The notes below the pieces were generated by a model. It was not told where the DNA came from and searched no databases. It was given only the letters and a program-made list of their open reading frames with translations. Positions 28,181 through 43,100 of a stretch of 64,000 bases of DNA are shown here, piece by piece. A program made the position numbers and the translations under genes. Each line of letters opens with the position of its first letter. The stretch's first letter is position 1. Location: NCBI RefSeq assembly GCF_002113885.1, contig NW_018403602.1:247001-311000 (forward strand), given 5' to 3'. This DNA is from Mizuhopecten yessoensis. Taxonomy: Eukaryota.

Positions 28181-31100
28181 TTTTTTAGTGATTTTAAGAT
28201 TGAACATTTTATTTGTTGTTGCTTTTTTCCTGTTATACCTAATTCTAACGTGTGTTGATTGTTTGATAAAAATGAAAAGAAAAAAAATCTTTGAAATTTC
28301 TCAAATTTTCATTTAACATTATTAATGTTTCACATATTTTGACCATCGCAAGAGAAATTTTGATGATTTTTGTTAAGCAGAATGTATCAATATATTGATG
28401 CAACAACGTGAATTTTGTAAAAGAAATAGATTTTCCTATAAGGAAACAGAACTTAGCCAGCATGCTGATTCCACTTGAGCTCAATGCATGACAAGTTTGT
28501 CACGTTTCCACGGTTACAAAAAAATATTAGATGTCATGAGAATCTCATGCTTTGTAAATTAAAGATTGGACCCCCCACAAATTATATAAAAAAAAACATG
28601 AAAATAAATAATAAAGAATATGATTTATAGCAGATTTTTGTAAACATCCATTGATACAAATTTATATATTCAATAAAAAAAATATCAAATAAAATTCTTC
28701 TTATAGAATTTATATATTTTTTAGACAATTTGCTGGGAAGTCCACCTATAATCTATATATTGTAATGACCTAAGACCGGCTGAGTCCATGTTGTACTACA
28801 GAGGGGACAGGTTTCTGCTACCTCTGTTGACACCAAATGACCTAGCCTAGTTTTAGAAAGATAAGAAATCTACTGTAGTAACAGTTTGTAATTTTTTAAT
28901 TCATAAGAATAGATTTGCATAACTTTTACTGATGTGGAAGCCTGCAAAAGGCTATCAAATTCTTACTGATAAAGCGTGCTCGCCCCACCGCGAGCGATCT
29001 GCGGGCGCAATACTGTTGCTACAAATGCAGGTGCGATGGGCTTCGCTTCAACTGCAAAGCGCCTTTCTAGCCTACACTGTCTGAGTTGGCTATACCTTAG
29101 TGAAGTCACTAAGCCTAAGGCCCAGTGTCTCAACTGCAGGATGCCAAACGCATCAATTATTCTGTGTAATCACAGGATTATACATTCTTTACATGTCAAA
29201 ACTACAACATTTCAATCTTGTCAGTTTTATGTTTATGATTAAAAAATATCTGTTAGCTTTTCAAGAATTACATATATATTTCAGTTCAGTTAGACATCCT
29301 ATATCTCTTAGCCTTCCTATCGATAAAATTTAAAATAAAATAGTTTTCGACATATATTTACCAAGTGATTGTTGCTACTTTTATTCCTCATATGTTGTTA
29401 TTTATTTGCGCCTTTTTTTCGATTTAACAGTGCCACTTCAGCCCAAAAATTTGCATGCGGCTGCATTGTCGCCCAACCGTATCGAAGTGACGTGGGACCC
29501 ACCAGAGAACCATCAAAGTGTTATAAGCTACAGGTTATATTTCAATGATTCGTACCGTCGCCAGAGTGCCCATATCACTATAGACCCGCCTGTGACCCGT
29601 TTTCGCCTGACCGATCTGACGCCAAACACACTCTACCACATCCAGGTGTCTGCCGTGTCGACGAAGGGTGAGGGCGCCCACACACCTACGATCCAGGTCC
29701 AGACCCGACAGTTTGGTATGTGTTTTCCACTGTACATGTCTTCTGTTTTGATATTCATTATTTCCTCTTTTTATGTGTGATTGTACCCGTACTTCATGTT
29801 TGGATATACCTTAGTCGTTGAAAAAAATTTATGCTTTGTTTTATTTTATGTAATAAAACGTATAAACCTTCATTGTCATAAAACTTTAATGTGAATTTAT
29901 TTCCCTGATTTTGTGACGTGAGGTGACATTTGACCTAGCTGTGGTTTCAGTCTTCCTTCACAGATTTCTTTCTCTCCGTGTTTTCCTCCCCACTTGAGGC
30001 GGTGTCTCTGTGAATTCTTTCTTTATGGTGATTTTACCAGGTTGTCATTGTTTTTTGCTTTTTTTGATTTTCACAAAAAAATGTGACCTTTTCTACATAT
30101 TCATGATTGTTTTTCTTATATATATATGTATATCTGTCATCTTTTTATCTCCTTTCTTTGTCTTGTTTACATGTTAATATCAATATCTGTTGAAACTTGT
30201 TTGGGAAATGACATCTTCAGGTTCAGGCAAGCCCAAGCCATTTGGTAAGTCTGTTATAAAAAACTTTGTTTTAAATTTTACTTTCACAGCCAGCATAGAC
30301 TTACATTTTTTTCCCTCTCTTATCGTGTCCGGTGAATACAGTTTGTTTCCAAGCTGACAGGGGAGAGCACTCCTCCTGTTTCCAGACTGACAGGGGAGAG
30401 CACTATTCCTGTCCATTCCCTAATCCTACCCAATCCCAGAACTCCTCAGACCCAAATTTTAAACATTTTGAAGAAAAGAAATGTTTTCCCATTATCATCC
30501 CCATTCTAAATCTCATAATATTCAATGACATTGAATTGGTTTTTTCGTTGTGAATCGCGACCACATTTACCCTGCTTTATGGTGCGTTAACCTCACCAAT
30601 AAAGGATCTATAACTGTAGGATGTTGACCAATCTGCTTTGTGTAAACCACTGAAGTTGCTCCATTTTTATTGATATTGTTTACTCCCGGTTTTGGGTCGA
30701 TATGTCAGTGGTTGGATGTATATTTATCAACACACTGCTTACACGTGCACCACGTTGCTGGACCGCTATAATAAAGTTTTCTATTTCCACGAGTAATCTG
30801 CTGGTTGTTTTTTCTTCTTTTATATTTATACATCACCTTAAACCCACACAAAGCGTACCATATAGTTTGGATTTCCGGTTCACATGTGACTTCACCTTCA
30901 GTGTTTGTTCACCGTGTCTGATCCACCCCATCTTCAATGTTTCCTTGTTTTTTGGTTTGGTTGTGGAGCTATTTTGACTTGATAATTATCTCCATGTAGT
31001 TGGTCGGTTTATTTGCTCCGTGTTTGTTTATAGATTTTAACTGTACTCTTTGTTGCTGTAGGTTATCAGAAACTGTCTTTCTGCTTCTTTGATTTCTTGT

Positions 31101-34100
31101 GTATCTGTTAGTGAACAATTCTTCATTGTTGGGTAAAACTTCATCACATTTTACCTGTTTGTTTTCGGTTCTTCACGAAATTCATATTTTGTATGATTTG
31201 ACGTTTGACTCTATGAGGACATGCTAGGAAATGCCTTTTTGTAAATGTTATATTTGACTTTAAACATCAGTGACAAAGGAATATAACAGTAAGTTTGATG
31301 TCACAAGTGGAGGGACAAAAATGATAACTATCACTACTGACTTGTATAGAAAGTATCTACTGTTGTAAAAACTGACAGATCTTTCAATGAACACTGTACT
31401 TAAAACCAAAATGACTATAAGTGACTCTTTGAAATCATGAATTAATTTTGTTTAAATTAATTTTTCCACATTATTTATCATATTGCTCATAGAAATCATT
31501 ATCATTGTTTTATTGTCAGTGTATTATGTATTATTCTTTTTAGCTCTAATGACTCATGAAGCCAAATGAGCTTATGCTGGGGTGCGGCATCCATCGTCAC
31601 TCTGTCAACTTCTTTTTATTTCAAATGACTACTTATCTTGAACAGCTGCAGATATTTTCACAAAATTTGTTGTGGGACATCCCTTGGTCAAGGGAATTCA
31701 TTGTTCATTAAGGATGGGGCCCATAAGGGGAAATAAGGGTTAACCGTCAAAAGGGGAAATAAGGGTTAACCGTCAAAAGGCTACCTAACATTTTTGAGGT
31801 TAATTTTTTTAAAGTACAATTCCCTTTTGTCAATATAAATGCTGCTAATATTCTTACCAAATGCTAGTTTTATTCTTTGATCAATAAGTAACCTGAGTCG
31901 GCCACAAAAGGCTCAACTTTGTTCAATTGACAAGTAAGCGATACAGGCCAAATGGGCCTCTTGTTCCCATAAATTGTCTTTTTGTGAATATGTGTTATAA
32001 TGCTTTACTAACAGTGTCCGCAAAACCTTCAGAACCTCCTCGCACTTCAGATACAAATATGTCGGTTCAACGGTGTTAGTATGGCGTTGGCTTACTTGTT
32101 TGCTGCCGATTTCTCATGTATCCTCATTGGGTCTCCAGACAGGCCTTTTTTTATTACAATTAATGAACGCACCAAATCAGAAAACATGTTTCCAAATGAA
32201 CGTGTTTAATTGTAAGTTAAATACTTCAGTACGATCCTGTTGAAATTTTCAACTTGGGTGCCCTTGACTAGAAGCAGTAAGCCTGCAAAGCAAAAAAATA
32301 AAATAAAGATAGCAAAGTGATCTGCCTGTAATCTCTTCACCAAGAGGGAATAAAGAATTCTATCTATCTATCTATCTGGTCAGAAAAAGGTACGGGATGT
32401 TTAAGGACCAAATGTCTGGCAATATTCTAAACAGTTTTGTGGTGACTGAGGTTCGCGGAGACTGTTATTAACATAACATTATGTAGTATTGTATGACAAC
32501 AAGTTTCGACAGGGGAAGTGATGGAGGGGAAAGATACTCACAGAATCAAGTAATCATCATAAAATGGGATTTTGGTCCCATTTTGGTGTTAGGAAAAGGA
32601 CGAGAACACAGCTCTGTGTAGTGGACTACATACCATTGTCACAGCTATCTGTTGTATCGTAGCTGTTCACGGCGTAGAGTGTTTATATATATTTGACTCA
32701 TGGATCAAATCATCTGTTTAAGTCATTCTCTATAAATGTAACCAGTTGAAAACTGACTCAGGTTGTCCCATTGACCTAATGTGAACTATAAAATATCCAT
32801 TTCAGATAATTTCTAACAAACAAACAAAATATACACATTACTTTTTTTCATAAATTCTTGTTTTCTGAAACTTTTGGCAGTTAAAATTCTGTGTTTCAAT
32901 TTAGTCCTGGATATTGCTGTAGTCAGTTAACAAAGGTCCACTAAGTAAATATATCTATATCGTGCCCTACACTTCTTTATATTTATTGTTATTGTACTGT
33001 CTGCAGAGGGAGAGCCTTTAACAAATCGTGTTGATCAAGATAGTGTTCAATGTTTATTTGGGAGAGTAGGAAAATGGTACCAGAATAATCAATGTAACAA
33101 TAGTGTACATTATCTCTACCTCAAAATAGTATTAGTTCAAATTTACGATGGCAGTTACCATATTGAATGGTAGAAAATTTACCGGTAGAGAAGCAAAACA
33201 TCAATAGAATAGCAGCAGATTCTCTCATAGCCTAACAGAAGATTTAGGAAATAACCCTAATGGCATTCCCTCACACTGTAGCAGAATATCTCACATACAG
33301 TGGTAGAATTCCCTCACACTGTAGCAGAGCATCTCCCATGCAGTGGTAGAATTCCTTCACACTGTAGCAGAGCATCTCCCATGCAGTGGTAGAATTCCTT
33401 CACACTGTAGCAGAGCATCTCCCATGCAGTGGTAGAATTCCCTCACACTATAGCAGAGCCTCTCCCATACAGTGATGGAATTACCTCACACTGTAGCACA
33501 ATATCTCCCATACAGTGGAAGAATTCCCTCACACTATAGCAGAGTATCTCCCATACAGTGATAGAATTACCTCACACTGTAGCAGAATATCTCCCATACA
33601 GTGATAGAATTCCCTCACACTGTAGCAGAATATCTACCACTGTATGGGAGATTCTCTGCTGTAGTGTAAGGGAATTCTACCCTTGTATGTGAGATACTCT
33701 GCTTTAGTGTGAGGTAATTCTACCACTGTATCTATAGTGTGAGGGAATTCTGCCATTGTATGTGAGATACTCCGCTATAGTGTGAGGGAATTCTACCGCT
33801 GTATGGGAGATATTCTGTTACAGTGTGAGGTAATTCTATCACTGTAGCAGAATATCTCCCCTACAGTGGTAGAATTCCCTCATACTATAGCAGAGCATCT
33901 CCCATACAGTGGTAAAATTCCCTCACACTATAGCAGAACATCTCCCATACAGTGGTAAAATTCCCTCACACTATAGCAGAGTATCTCCTATACAGTGGTA
34001 GAATTCCCGCACACTATAGCAGAGCATCTCCCATACCGTGGTAGAATTCCCTCACACTAGAGCAGAGTATCTCCCATACAATGGTAGAGTTCCCTCACAC

Positions 34101-37100
34101 TGTAGCAGAGCATCTCCCATACGGTGGTAGAATTCCCTCACACCATAGCAGAGCATCTCCCATACAGCGGTAGAATTCCCTCACACTGTCGCAGAATATC
34201 TCCCATACAGTAGTAGCATTCCCTCACACTGTAGCAGAATCTCTCCCATACAGTGGTAGACTTCCCTCACACTGTAGCAGAGCATCTCCCATACAGAGGT
34301 AGAATTCCCTCACACTAGAGCAGAGTATCTCCCATACATTGGTAGAATTACCTCACACTGTAACAGAATATCTCCCATACAGCGATAGAATTACCTCACA
34401 CTGTAGCAGAATCTCTCCCATACAGTGGTAGATTTCCCTCACACTGTAGCAGAATAGCTCCCATACAGGGGTAGAATTCCCTCACACTAGAGCAGAGTAT
34501 CTCCCATACAGTGGTATCTCCCATACAGTGGTAAAATTCCCTCACACTATAGCAGAGCGTCTCCCATACAGTGGTAGATATTCTGCTACAGTGTTAGGGA
34601 ATTCTATCACTGTATGGGAGATATTCCCTCACACTGTAGCAGAGCATCTCCCATACAATGGTAGAGTTCCCTCACACTGTAGCAGAATCTCTCCCATACA
34701 GTGGTAGAACTACCTCACACTATAGCAGAGTATCTCCCATACAGTGGTAGAATTACCTCACACTATAGCAGAGTATCTCACATACAATGGTAGAATTCCC
34801 TTACACTACAGCAGAGAATCTCACATACAATGGTAGAATTCCCTCACACTGTAGCAGAGTATCTCACATACAGTGGGAGAATTCCCTCACACTGTAGCAG
34901 AATCTCTCCCATACAGTGGTAGAATTCCCTTACACTATAGCAGAATATCTCCCATATAGTGGTAGAACTCCCTCACACTGTAGCAGAGTATCTCGCATAC
35001 AGTGGTAGAATTCCCTCACAAGAATTCCCTCACACTGTAGCAGAATCTCTCCCATACAGTGGTAGAATTCCCTCGCACTATAGCAGAGTATCTCCCATAC
35101 AGTTGTAGAATTACCTCACACTATAGCAGAGAATCTCACATACAATGGTAGAATTCCCTTCCACTACAGCAGAGAATCTCACATACAATGGTAGAATTCA
35201 CTCATACTATAGCAGAGCATCTCCCATACAGTGGTGGAATTCCCTCACACTATAGCAGAGCATCTCACATACAGTGGTAGAATTCCCTCGCACTGTAGCA
35301 GAATATCTCCCATACAGTCTCCCATACAGTGGTAGAATTCCCTCACACTGTCGCAGAGTACCTCCCATACAGTGGTAGAATTACCTCACACTATAGCTGA
35401 GTATCTCACATACAATGGTAGAATTCCCTCACTCTATAGCAGAGTATCTCCCATACAGTGGAAGAATTACCTCACACTATAGCAGAGTATCTCCCATACA
35501 GTGGTAGAACTACCTCACACTATAGCAGAGTATCTCCCATACAGTTGTAGAATTACCTCACACTATAGCAGAGTATCTCCCATACATTGGTAGAATTACC
35601 TCACACTATAGCTGAGTATCTCACATACAATGGTAGAATTCCCTTCCACTACAGCAGAGAATCTCACATACAATGGTAGAATTCCCTCACTCTATAGCAG
35701 AGTATCTCCCATACAGTTGTAGAATTACCTCACACTATAGCAGAGTATCTCACATACAATGGTAGAATTCCCTTCCACTACAGCAGAGAATCTCACATAC
35801 AATGGTAGAATTCCCTTACACTACAGCAGAGAATCTGTAGCAGAATATCTCCCATACAGTGGAAGAATTCCCTCACACTGTAGCAGAGTACCTCCCATAC
35901 AGTGGTAGAATTACCTCACACTAAAGCAGAGTATCTCACATACAATGGTAGAATTACCTTACACTACAGCAGAGAATCTCACATACAATGGTAGAATTCC
36001 CTTCCACTACAGCAGAGAATCTCACATACAATGGTAGAATTCCCTCACTCTATAGCAGAGTATCTCCCATACAGTTGTAGAATTACCTCACACTATAGCA
36101 GAGTATCTCACATACAGTGGAAGAATTCCCTCTCACTGTAGCAGAATATCTCCCATACAGGGGGAGAATTCCCTCACACTATAGCAGAGTATCTCCCAGA
36201 CAGTGGTAGAATTACCTCACACTATAGCAGAGAATCTCACATACAATGGTAGAATTCCCTTACACTACAGCAGAGAATCTGTAGCAGAATATCTCCCATA
36301 CAGTGATAGAATTCCCTCACACTATAGCAGAGCAGCTCCCATACAGTGGTAGAATTCCCTCACACTATAGCATAGAATCTCCCATATAGTGGTAGAATTC
36401 CCTCACACTGTAGCAGAGTATCTCACATACAGTGGTAGAATTCCCTCACACTATAGCATAGAATCTCCCATATAGGGGTAGAATTCCCTCACACTGTAGC
36501 AGAGTATCTCACATACAATGGTAGAATTCCCTCACACTATAGCAGAGCATCTCACATACAGTGGTAGAATTCCCTCACACTATAGCAGAGAATCTCACAT
36601 ACAGTGGTAGAATTCCCTCACACTATAGCAGAATATCTCACATACAGTGGTAGAATTCCCTCACACTGTAGCAGAATATCTCCCATACAGTGGTAGAATT
36701 CCCTTACACTATAGCATAGAATACCACATACAGTGGTAGAATTTCCTCACACTGTAGCAGAGTATCTCCCCTAGAGTGGTAGAATTACCTCACACTATAG
36801 CAGAATATCTCCCATACAGCGGTAGAATTACCTCACACTATAGCAGAATATCTCCCATACAGCGGTAGAATTACCTCACACTATAGCAGAGCATCTCACA
36901 TACAGTGGAAGAATTCCCTCACACTGTAGCAGAGCATCTCACATACAGTGGAAGAATTCCCTCACACTGTAGCAGAGCATCTCACATACAGTGGAAGAAT
37001 TCCCTCACACTATAGAAGAGAATCTCACATACAGTGGTAGAATTACCCCACACTGTAGCAGAATATCTCCCATACAGCGGTAGAATTACCTCACACTGTA

Positions 37101-40100
37101 GCAGAATATCGCCCATACAGTGGTAGAATTTCCTCACACTGTAGCAGAGTATCTCCCCTAGAGTGGTAGAATTACCTCACACTATAGCAGAATATCTCAC
37201 AAACAGTGGTAGAATTCCCTCCCACTATAGCAGAATATCTCACACTATAGCAGAGTATCTCACATACAGTGGTAGAATTCCCTTACACTATAGCATAGAA
37301 TATCACATACAGTGGTAGAATTCCCTCACACTATAGCCGAGTATCTCACATACAGTGGTAGAATTCCCTTACACTACAGCAGAGAATCTCACATACAGTG
37401 GTAGATTTCCTCACACTATAGCAGAGAATCTCACATACAGTGATAGAATTCCCTCACACTATAGCAGAGTATCTCACATACAGTGGTAGAATTCCCTCAC
37501 ACTATAGCAGAGTATCTCCAATACAGTGGTAGAATTACCTCACACTATAGCAGAATATCTCCCATACAGTGGTAGAATTCCCTCACACTATAGCAGAGTA
37601 TCTCACATACAGTGGTAGAATTCCCTCACACTGTAGCAGAGCATCTCCCTTACAGTGGTAGAATTCCCTCACACTATAGCAGAGGATCTCACATACAGTG
37701 GTAGAATTCCCTCACACTATAGCAGAGGATCTCACATACAGTGGTAGAATTCCCTCACACTGTAGCAGAGCATCTCCCATACAGTGGTAGAATTCCCTCA
37801 CACTGTAGCAGAGCATCTCCCATACAGTGGTAGAATTCCCTCACACTGTAGCAGAGCATCTCCCTTACAGTGGTAGAATTCCCTCACACTATAGCAGAGT
37901 ATCTCCCATACAGTAGTAGAAATAACTATATAGTATTTTATAGAAAAGTTCCTCATATAATAGCAAAATGACAGCCACACAGTAGCAGATGATTTACCTA
38001 TAGAAAAGTTCCTCATAGAATTAAAGAAAAATCCTTTGTAGAATAGCTGAAAAATCCTTCGTAGAATAGCAGAAAATCCTTCATAGAATTGCCGCTGCAG
38101 AAGTTTCACCAAAAGAAGTGGACACATGTATGAGATGGGTAAAATCAGGTCTTGAGACAAGAACCAGCATGTGTTGACTTGACCACTGGTCATCTATTGG
38201 TTGACCACTGGCTACTGTAGTGCCATTGAGGATCAAACCTACAATGGTACCAACTACAAGGGCAAAACCAAGGGAGATAACAAATTTCCTACTTCATTGT
38301 TGAAAAGTAAAGGCATGAATTGCATGTCATACCATTCAAGAAAAAGAACTTGTAGTTAGCTCAGAGGAAAGAAGTATGTTATAACAGAACTTGTAGTTAG
38401 CTCAGAGGAAAGAAATATTTTATAACAGAATTTGTAGTTATCTCAGAGGAAAGAAATATGTTATAACAGAACTTGTAGTTAGCTCAGAGGAAAGAAATAT
38501 GTTATAACAGAACTTGTAATTAGCTCAGAGGAAAGAAATATTTTATAAAAGAATGTATTTGCCCCACCCCTATTCTTAAACTGCAACTCAAGAAATATAT
38601 GATTCTGTGAAGGATTGTTGGGAAATGGTTCTCTGGTAATCAGTGTGATGGGTATTATTAAGTCGCCCTGTTTGAAATGGTCTAACGTATGCCTCTCTTG
38701 CATGTGTAGTTAGACCAACAATGGTCGCTACTTTACATATCCTAGATATTCTGATATATAACTATCGGAGGCATGTAATCTGCTTTCTACATCAATGATG
38801 CTATGAACTTCTACTACAAAAATTGATGCTACAGTTTCAGAATCATGGAATAAAACCTATATAGCATTTTCTCTAGACTTCTGTTTAGACTATAGAATTC
38901 TCCTATGATATGCATCTGTAGTAAAGCCTGAAGTATTTGTTCCTTTATATCATTTTAGTTGGTTTGGAAGTTTTGCAATTGATATAGGAAATGTTAAAAC
39001 TGAATTGATGCATTTTAAGGTATTTGGAATGATGTTGAAATCCAGTGTTTTCATATTGGGCAATCTTTAGTTTACTTGGAAATGGAAGTATAAAACAAAA
39101 AATTATTGCGTTAAGTTCGATCCATGACTCAAATAGCATAGCCTTATGTGTTTGTTTTTATTTTTTTCGCCTTAAAATTTCACGAAAGACTTGAGCTTTT
39201 ATAAATCATTTCTTTCTTTTCTTTTCGACCACATAAGTCTGTCATTACAACGATCATACAATGCTGCATGTTGTTTTTTGTCATGTTTTTTATTATTTAT
39301 GTTTTGTTTTTCATCTTTTTTTATTTCTTGTCTTCTTTGTTTTTCTCTTTTATTGTCGATCTTCCCCAATGACCCCCTTGAAAATGATCCACCCATGGCC
39401 ATCTTGAATTATGACAATTCAGTTCCAAGTGGTGAGCCTCAAAATCTTAGCGGCCGACCAATCGACTCTCGGAGTATTGAGGTCACGTGGAACCCTCCTC
39501 CTCCAGATCAGCAAAATGGTGACATAACAGGCTATAAGATTTTTTACGTGAAAAATGTGCCTGATTTGTCAGAAGAAGATGCTCAGTCTGTTACCGTGAA
39601 TGCAGTCCCCAACAAGTTGACGCTAGCGAACCTGTCGGTGTGGACGCAGTATAAGATTTGGGTGCTGGCGTCCACAAGTGTGGGTGATGGCCCTAAATCG
39701 CAGCCCATCATCGTGTCGACCGATGAAGATGGTAGGTAGCGTCTGCTCTGATTGGCTACTCGCTGCAGTAGTTATATGCTAATTCTGGTTGGCTGTGGAA
39801 AAGGAACTTAAACAGATATCTATTATTTGAGTTTTACATTAGCAAATATTTAATACTAATAGATTCCTTGTTTGAATTAACTGTTTTGGTATCTGGTTTA
39901 GAAGCCTTTCCAAAACTTATACAACCAGATCTTTATTTCAAATCTACATCTTGAAGTCCTTTCTCCTCCTCTTTTTCCATACATCAGGAAGTTTCTTACT
40001 AATATCATCCCAACAATTCAATATCATCATCTTTCTTCATCATTTTCATCCCAATTGTCATATTGGTTTAGTCAAGTAATAAACTTCTGAACCGTGTTCA

Positions 40101-43100
40101 ATTAAATTATGGAGGAAACAATCACCATTATGTGTTTATAGCAAACAGTCAGTATCATTTGTCTTTGGAAGTAGAACTAAATACACATATATAAAGGAGA
40201 TTGTGAAAAAGAAACATCCTTTTATTTGTTGTAAAAGTGATATTATTTAAAAAGTACATCCTTTTTATTGTCATTTGATTGAGGTTTTTCACTCACATTT
40301 GACAAGAAAATGATAGTTTCGTTTTTTATAATTATTACATCATATGAGCACACTTGTATCATTGTTCATTTTCATTAATGTCATTTCTTTCTTCATTGCA
40401 CTCATTTTTTCTGATATTGCATCCTCATTTACCTCCCATTAATTCATTGGTCTTTTGCATCATCGTTTTCCTCACCTCTTTGTATCCTTTTCTTTACACA
40501 CTCATCTTACAGAACCATTCATTACCTGTGTCTGTTGACTAATTATTTAAGATGAGTGCATCTGTCATGTTCTTTCCGAAAAAAGATATTCATTTATCTA
40601 CTAATTCTACTACCTGTCGGTGATAGTCATCATTTATCTACTAATTCTACTACCTGTCGGTAAAAGTCATCATTTATCTACTAATTCTACTACCTGTCAG
40701 TAGTCATCATTGCGAACACTATAGAAATGAGATCTATTTCATTCCTTTACATCTTTCTAATATCATTCATACCAATTCCATTTCAAATCATTTCCTCTCT
40801 TCATATCCCATAATAATCCAAACATGTTTTTCATTCACAAAAATTCTAGTCTTGAACTTTGAACCCTGACCCCAAATTTCTAGTAACACTTAAATTGGCG
40901 ATGGTATCTATAGCTGAGAAACATATTTTTTCTTGTATATTAATTATTTTGAATGTGTAAGTATATATTCCAATGACTCTAATATATACAAATGAGTATA
41001 TGTTTCCATGGAAACTAACAAGCATGCTGCATGTACCCTGCATGTCCGTTTTACTGTCACCCTGTTTCCTTGTGGCTAGTATGGATTTCTTTCCTCTGTC
41101 TTCTCTCTGTTTTTTTCTATGTTTGTGAATGTTGTGTGTGTCAATCCATTAACAAACAAAACCTGCCACATTTCGTTGAATTTGGAACATGAAATTGATT
41201 AATCATTGAGATTGACCATTTTTAGAAATCATGAAAAATGAAAATATGGACTAGTATAACATTTCGTGCTCTTACTCCAGACAAAAATTAGAGTTCATTT
41301 GGCCCAATTACAAAATGTTTCTGTAGAGAATCATTTTTTGACTAAATTCATGCATGATTGGTACAATAGAAAACCATTAAAAAATATCATAGAATGGTAA
41401 CATAGAGTGATGTCGGTAAATACTGTCATCCCACAGAAATGGTTACCATTCGAGTATATGACATAGATTGATGTCAGTAAATAGTGTCATCCAACAGAAA
41501 TGGATACCATTCATGTATATGACAGACTGATGTCGGTAAATACTGTCCTCTCACAGAAATGGTTACCATTCGAGGATATGACATAGAATGATGTCGGTAA
41601 ATACTGTCATCTCACAGAAATGGTTACCATTCGAGTATATGACATAGAATGATGTCAGTAAATATTGTCATCCAACAGAAATGGTTACCATTCATGTATA
41701 TGACATAGAATGATGTCGGTAAATACTGTCATCTCACAGAAATGGTTACCATCCATGTATATGACATAGAATGATGTCAGTAAATACTGTCATCCCACAG
41801 AAATGGTTACCATCCATGTATATGACATAGAATGATGTCGGTAAATACTGTCATCCCACAGAAATGGTTACCATTCGAGTATATGACATAGAATGATGTC
41901 AGTAAATTTCGTCATCCAACAGAAATGGTTACCATTCATGTATATGAGATAGAATGATGTCGGTAAATACTGTCATCTCACAGAAATGGTTACCATTCGA
42001 GCATATGACATAGAATGATGTCAGTAAATATTGTCAGCCAACAGAAATGGTTACCATCCATGTATATGACATAGAATGATGTCAGTAAATACTGTCATCT
42101 CACAGAAATGGTTACCATTCGAGCATATGACATAGAATGATGTCAGTAAATATTGTCATCCAACAGAAATGGGTACCATTCATGTATATGACATAGAATG
42201 ATGTCGGCAAATACTGTCATCCCACAGAAACGGTTACCATTCATGTATATGACATAGAATGATGTCAGTAAATATTGTCATCCAACAGAAATGGGTACCA
42301 TTCATGTATATGACATAGAATGATGTCGGTAAATTCTGTCATCTCACAGAAACGGTTACCATTCGAGTATATGACATAGAATGATGTCAGTAAATATTAT
42401 CATCCAACAGAAATGGTTACCATTCATGTATATGAGATAGAATGATGTCGGTAAATACTGTCATCTCACAGAAATGGTTACCATTCGAGTATATGACATA
42501 GAATGATGTCAGTAAATACTGTCATCCCACAGAAATGGGTACCATTCATGTATATGACATAGAATGATGTCGGCAAATACTGTCATCCCACAGAAATGGT
42601 TACCATTCGAGTATATGACATAGAATGATGTCGGTAAATACTGTCATCACACAGAAATGGTTACCATTCCAGTATATGACATAGAATGATGTCGGTAAAA
42701 ACTGCCATCCTGCAGAAATGGTTACCATTCATGTATATGACATAGAATGATGGCGGTAAATACTGTCATCCCACAGAAATGGGTACCATTCGAGTATATT
42801 ACATAGAATGATGTCGGTAAATACTGTCATCCCACAGAAATGGTTACCATTCCTGTATATGACATAGAATGATGCTGGGAAATACTGTCATCCCACAGAA
42901 ATGGTTACCATTCGAGTATATGACATAGAATGATGTCAGTAAATACTGTCATCCCACAGAAATGGGTACCATTCGAGTATATTACATAGAATGATGTCGG
43001 TAAATACTGTCATCCCACAATATGGTTACCAGTCATGTATATGACATAGAATGATGTCGGTAAATACTGTCATCCCACAATATGGTTACCATTCATGTAT

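Noticed and set aside
33262-37920. Repeat arrays resembling CRISPR (also 41400-43288 and 52031-53075)
   Set aside because: Contiguous tandem units with no unique spacers, no cas genes, and a eukaryotic intron context.
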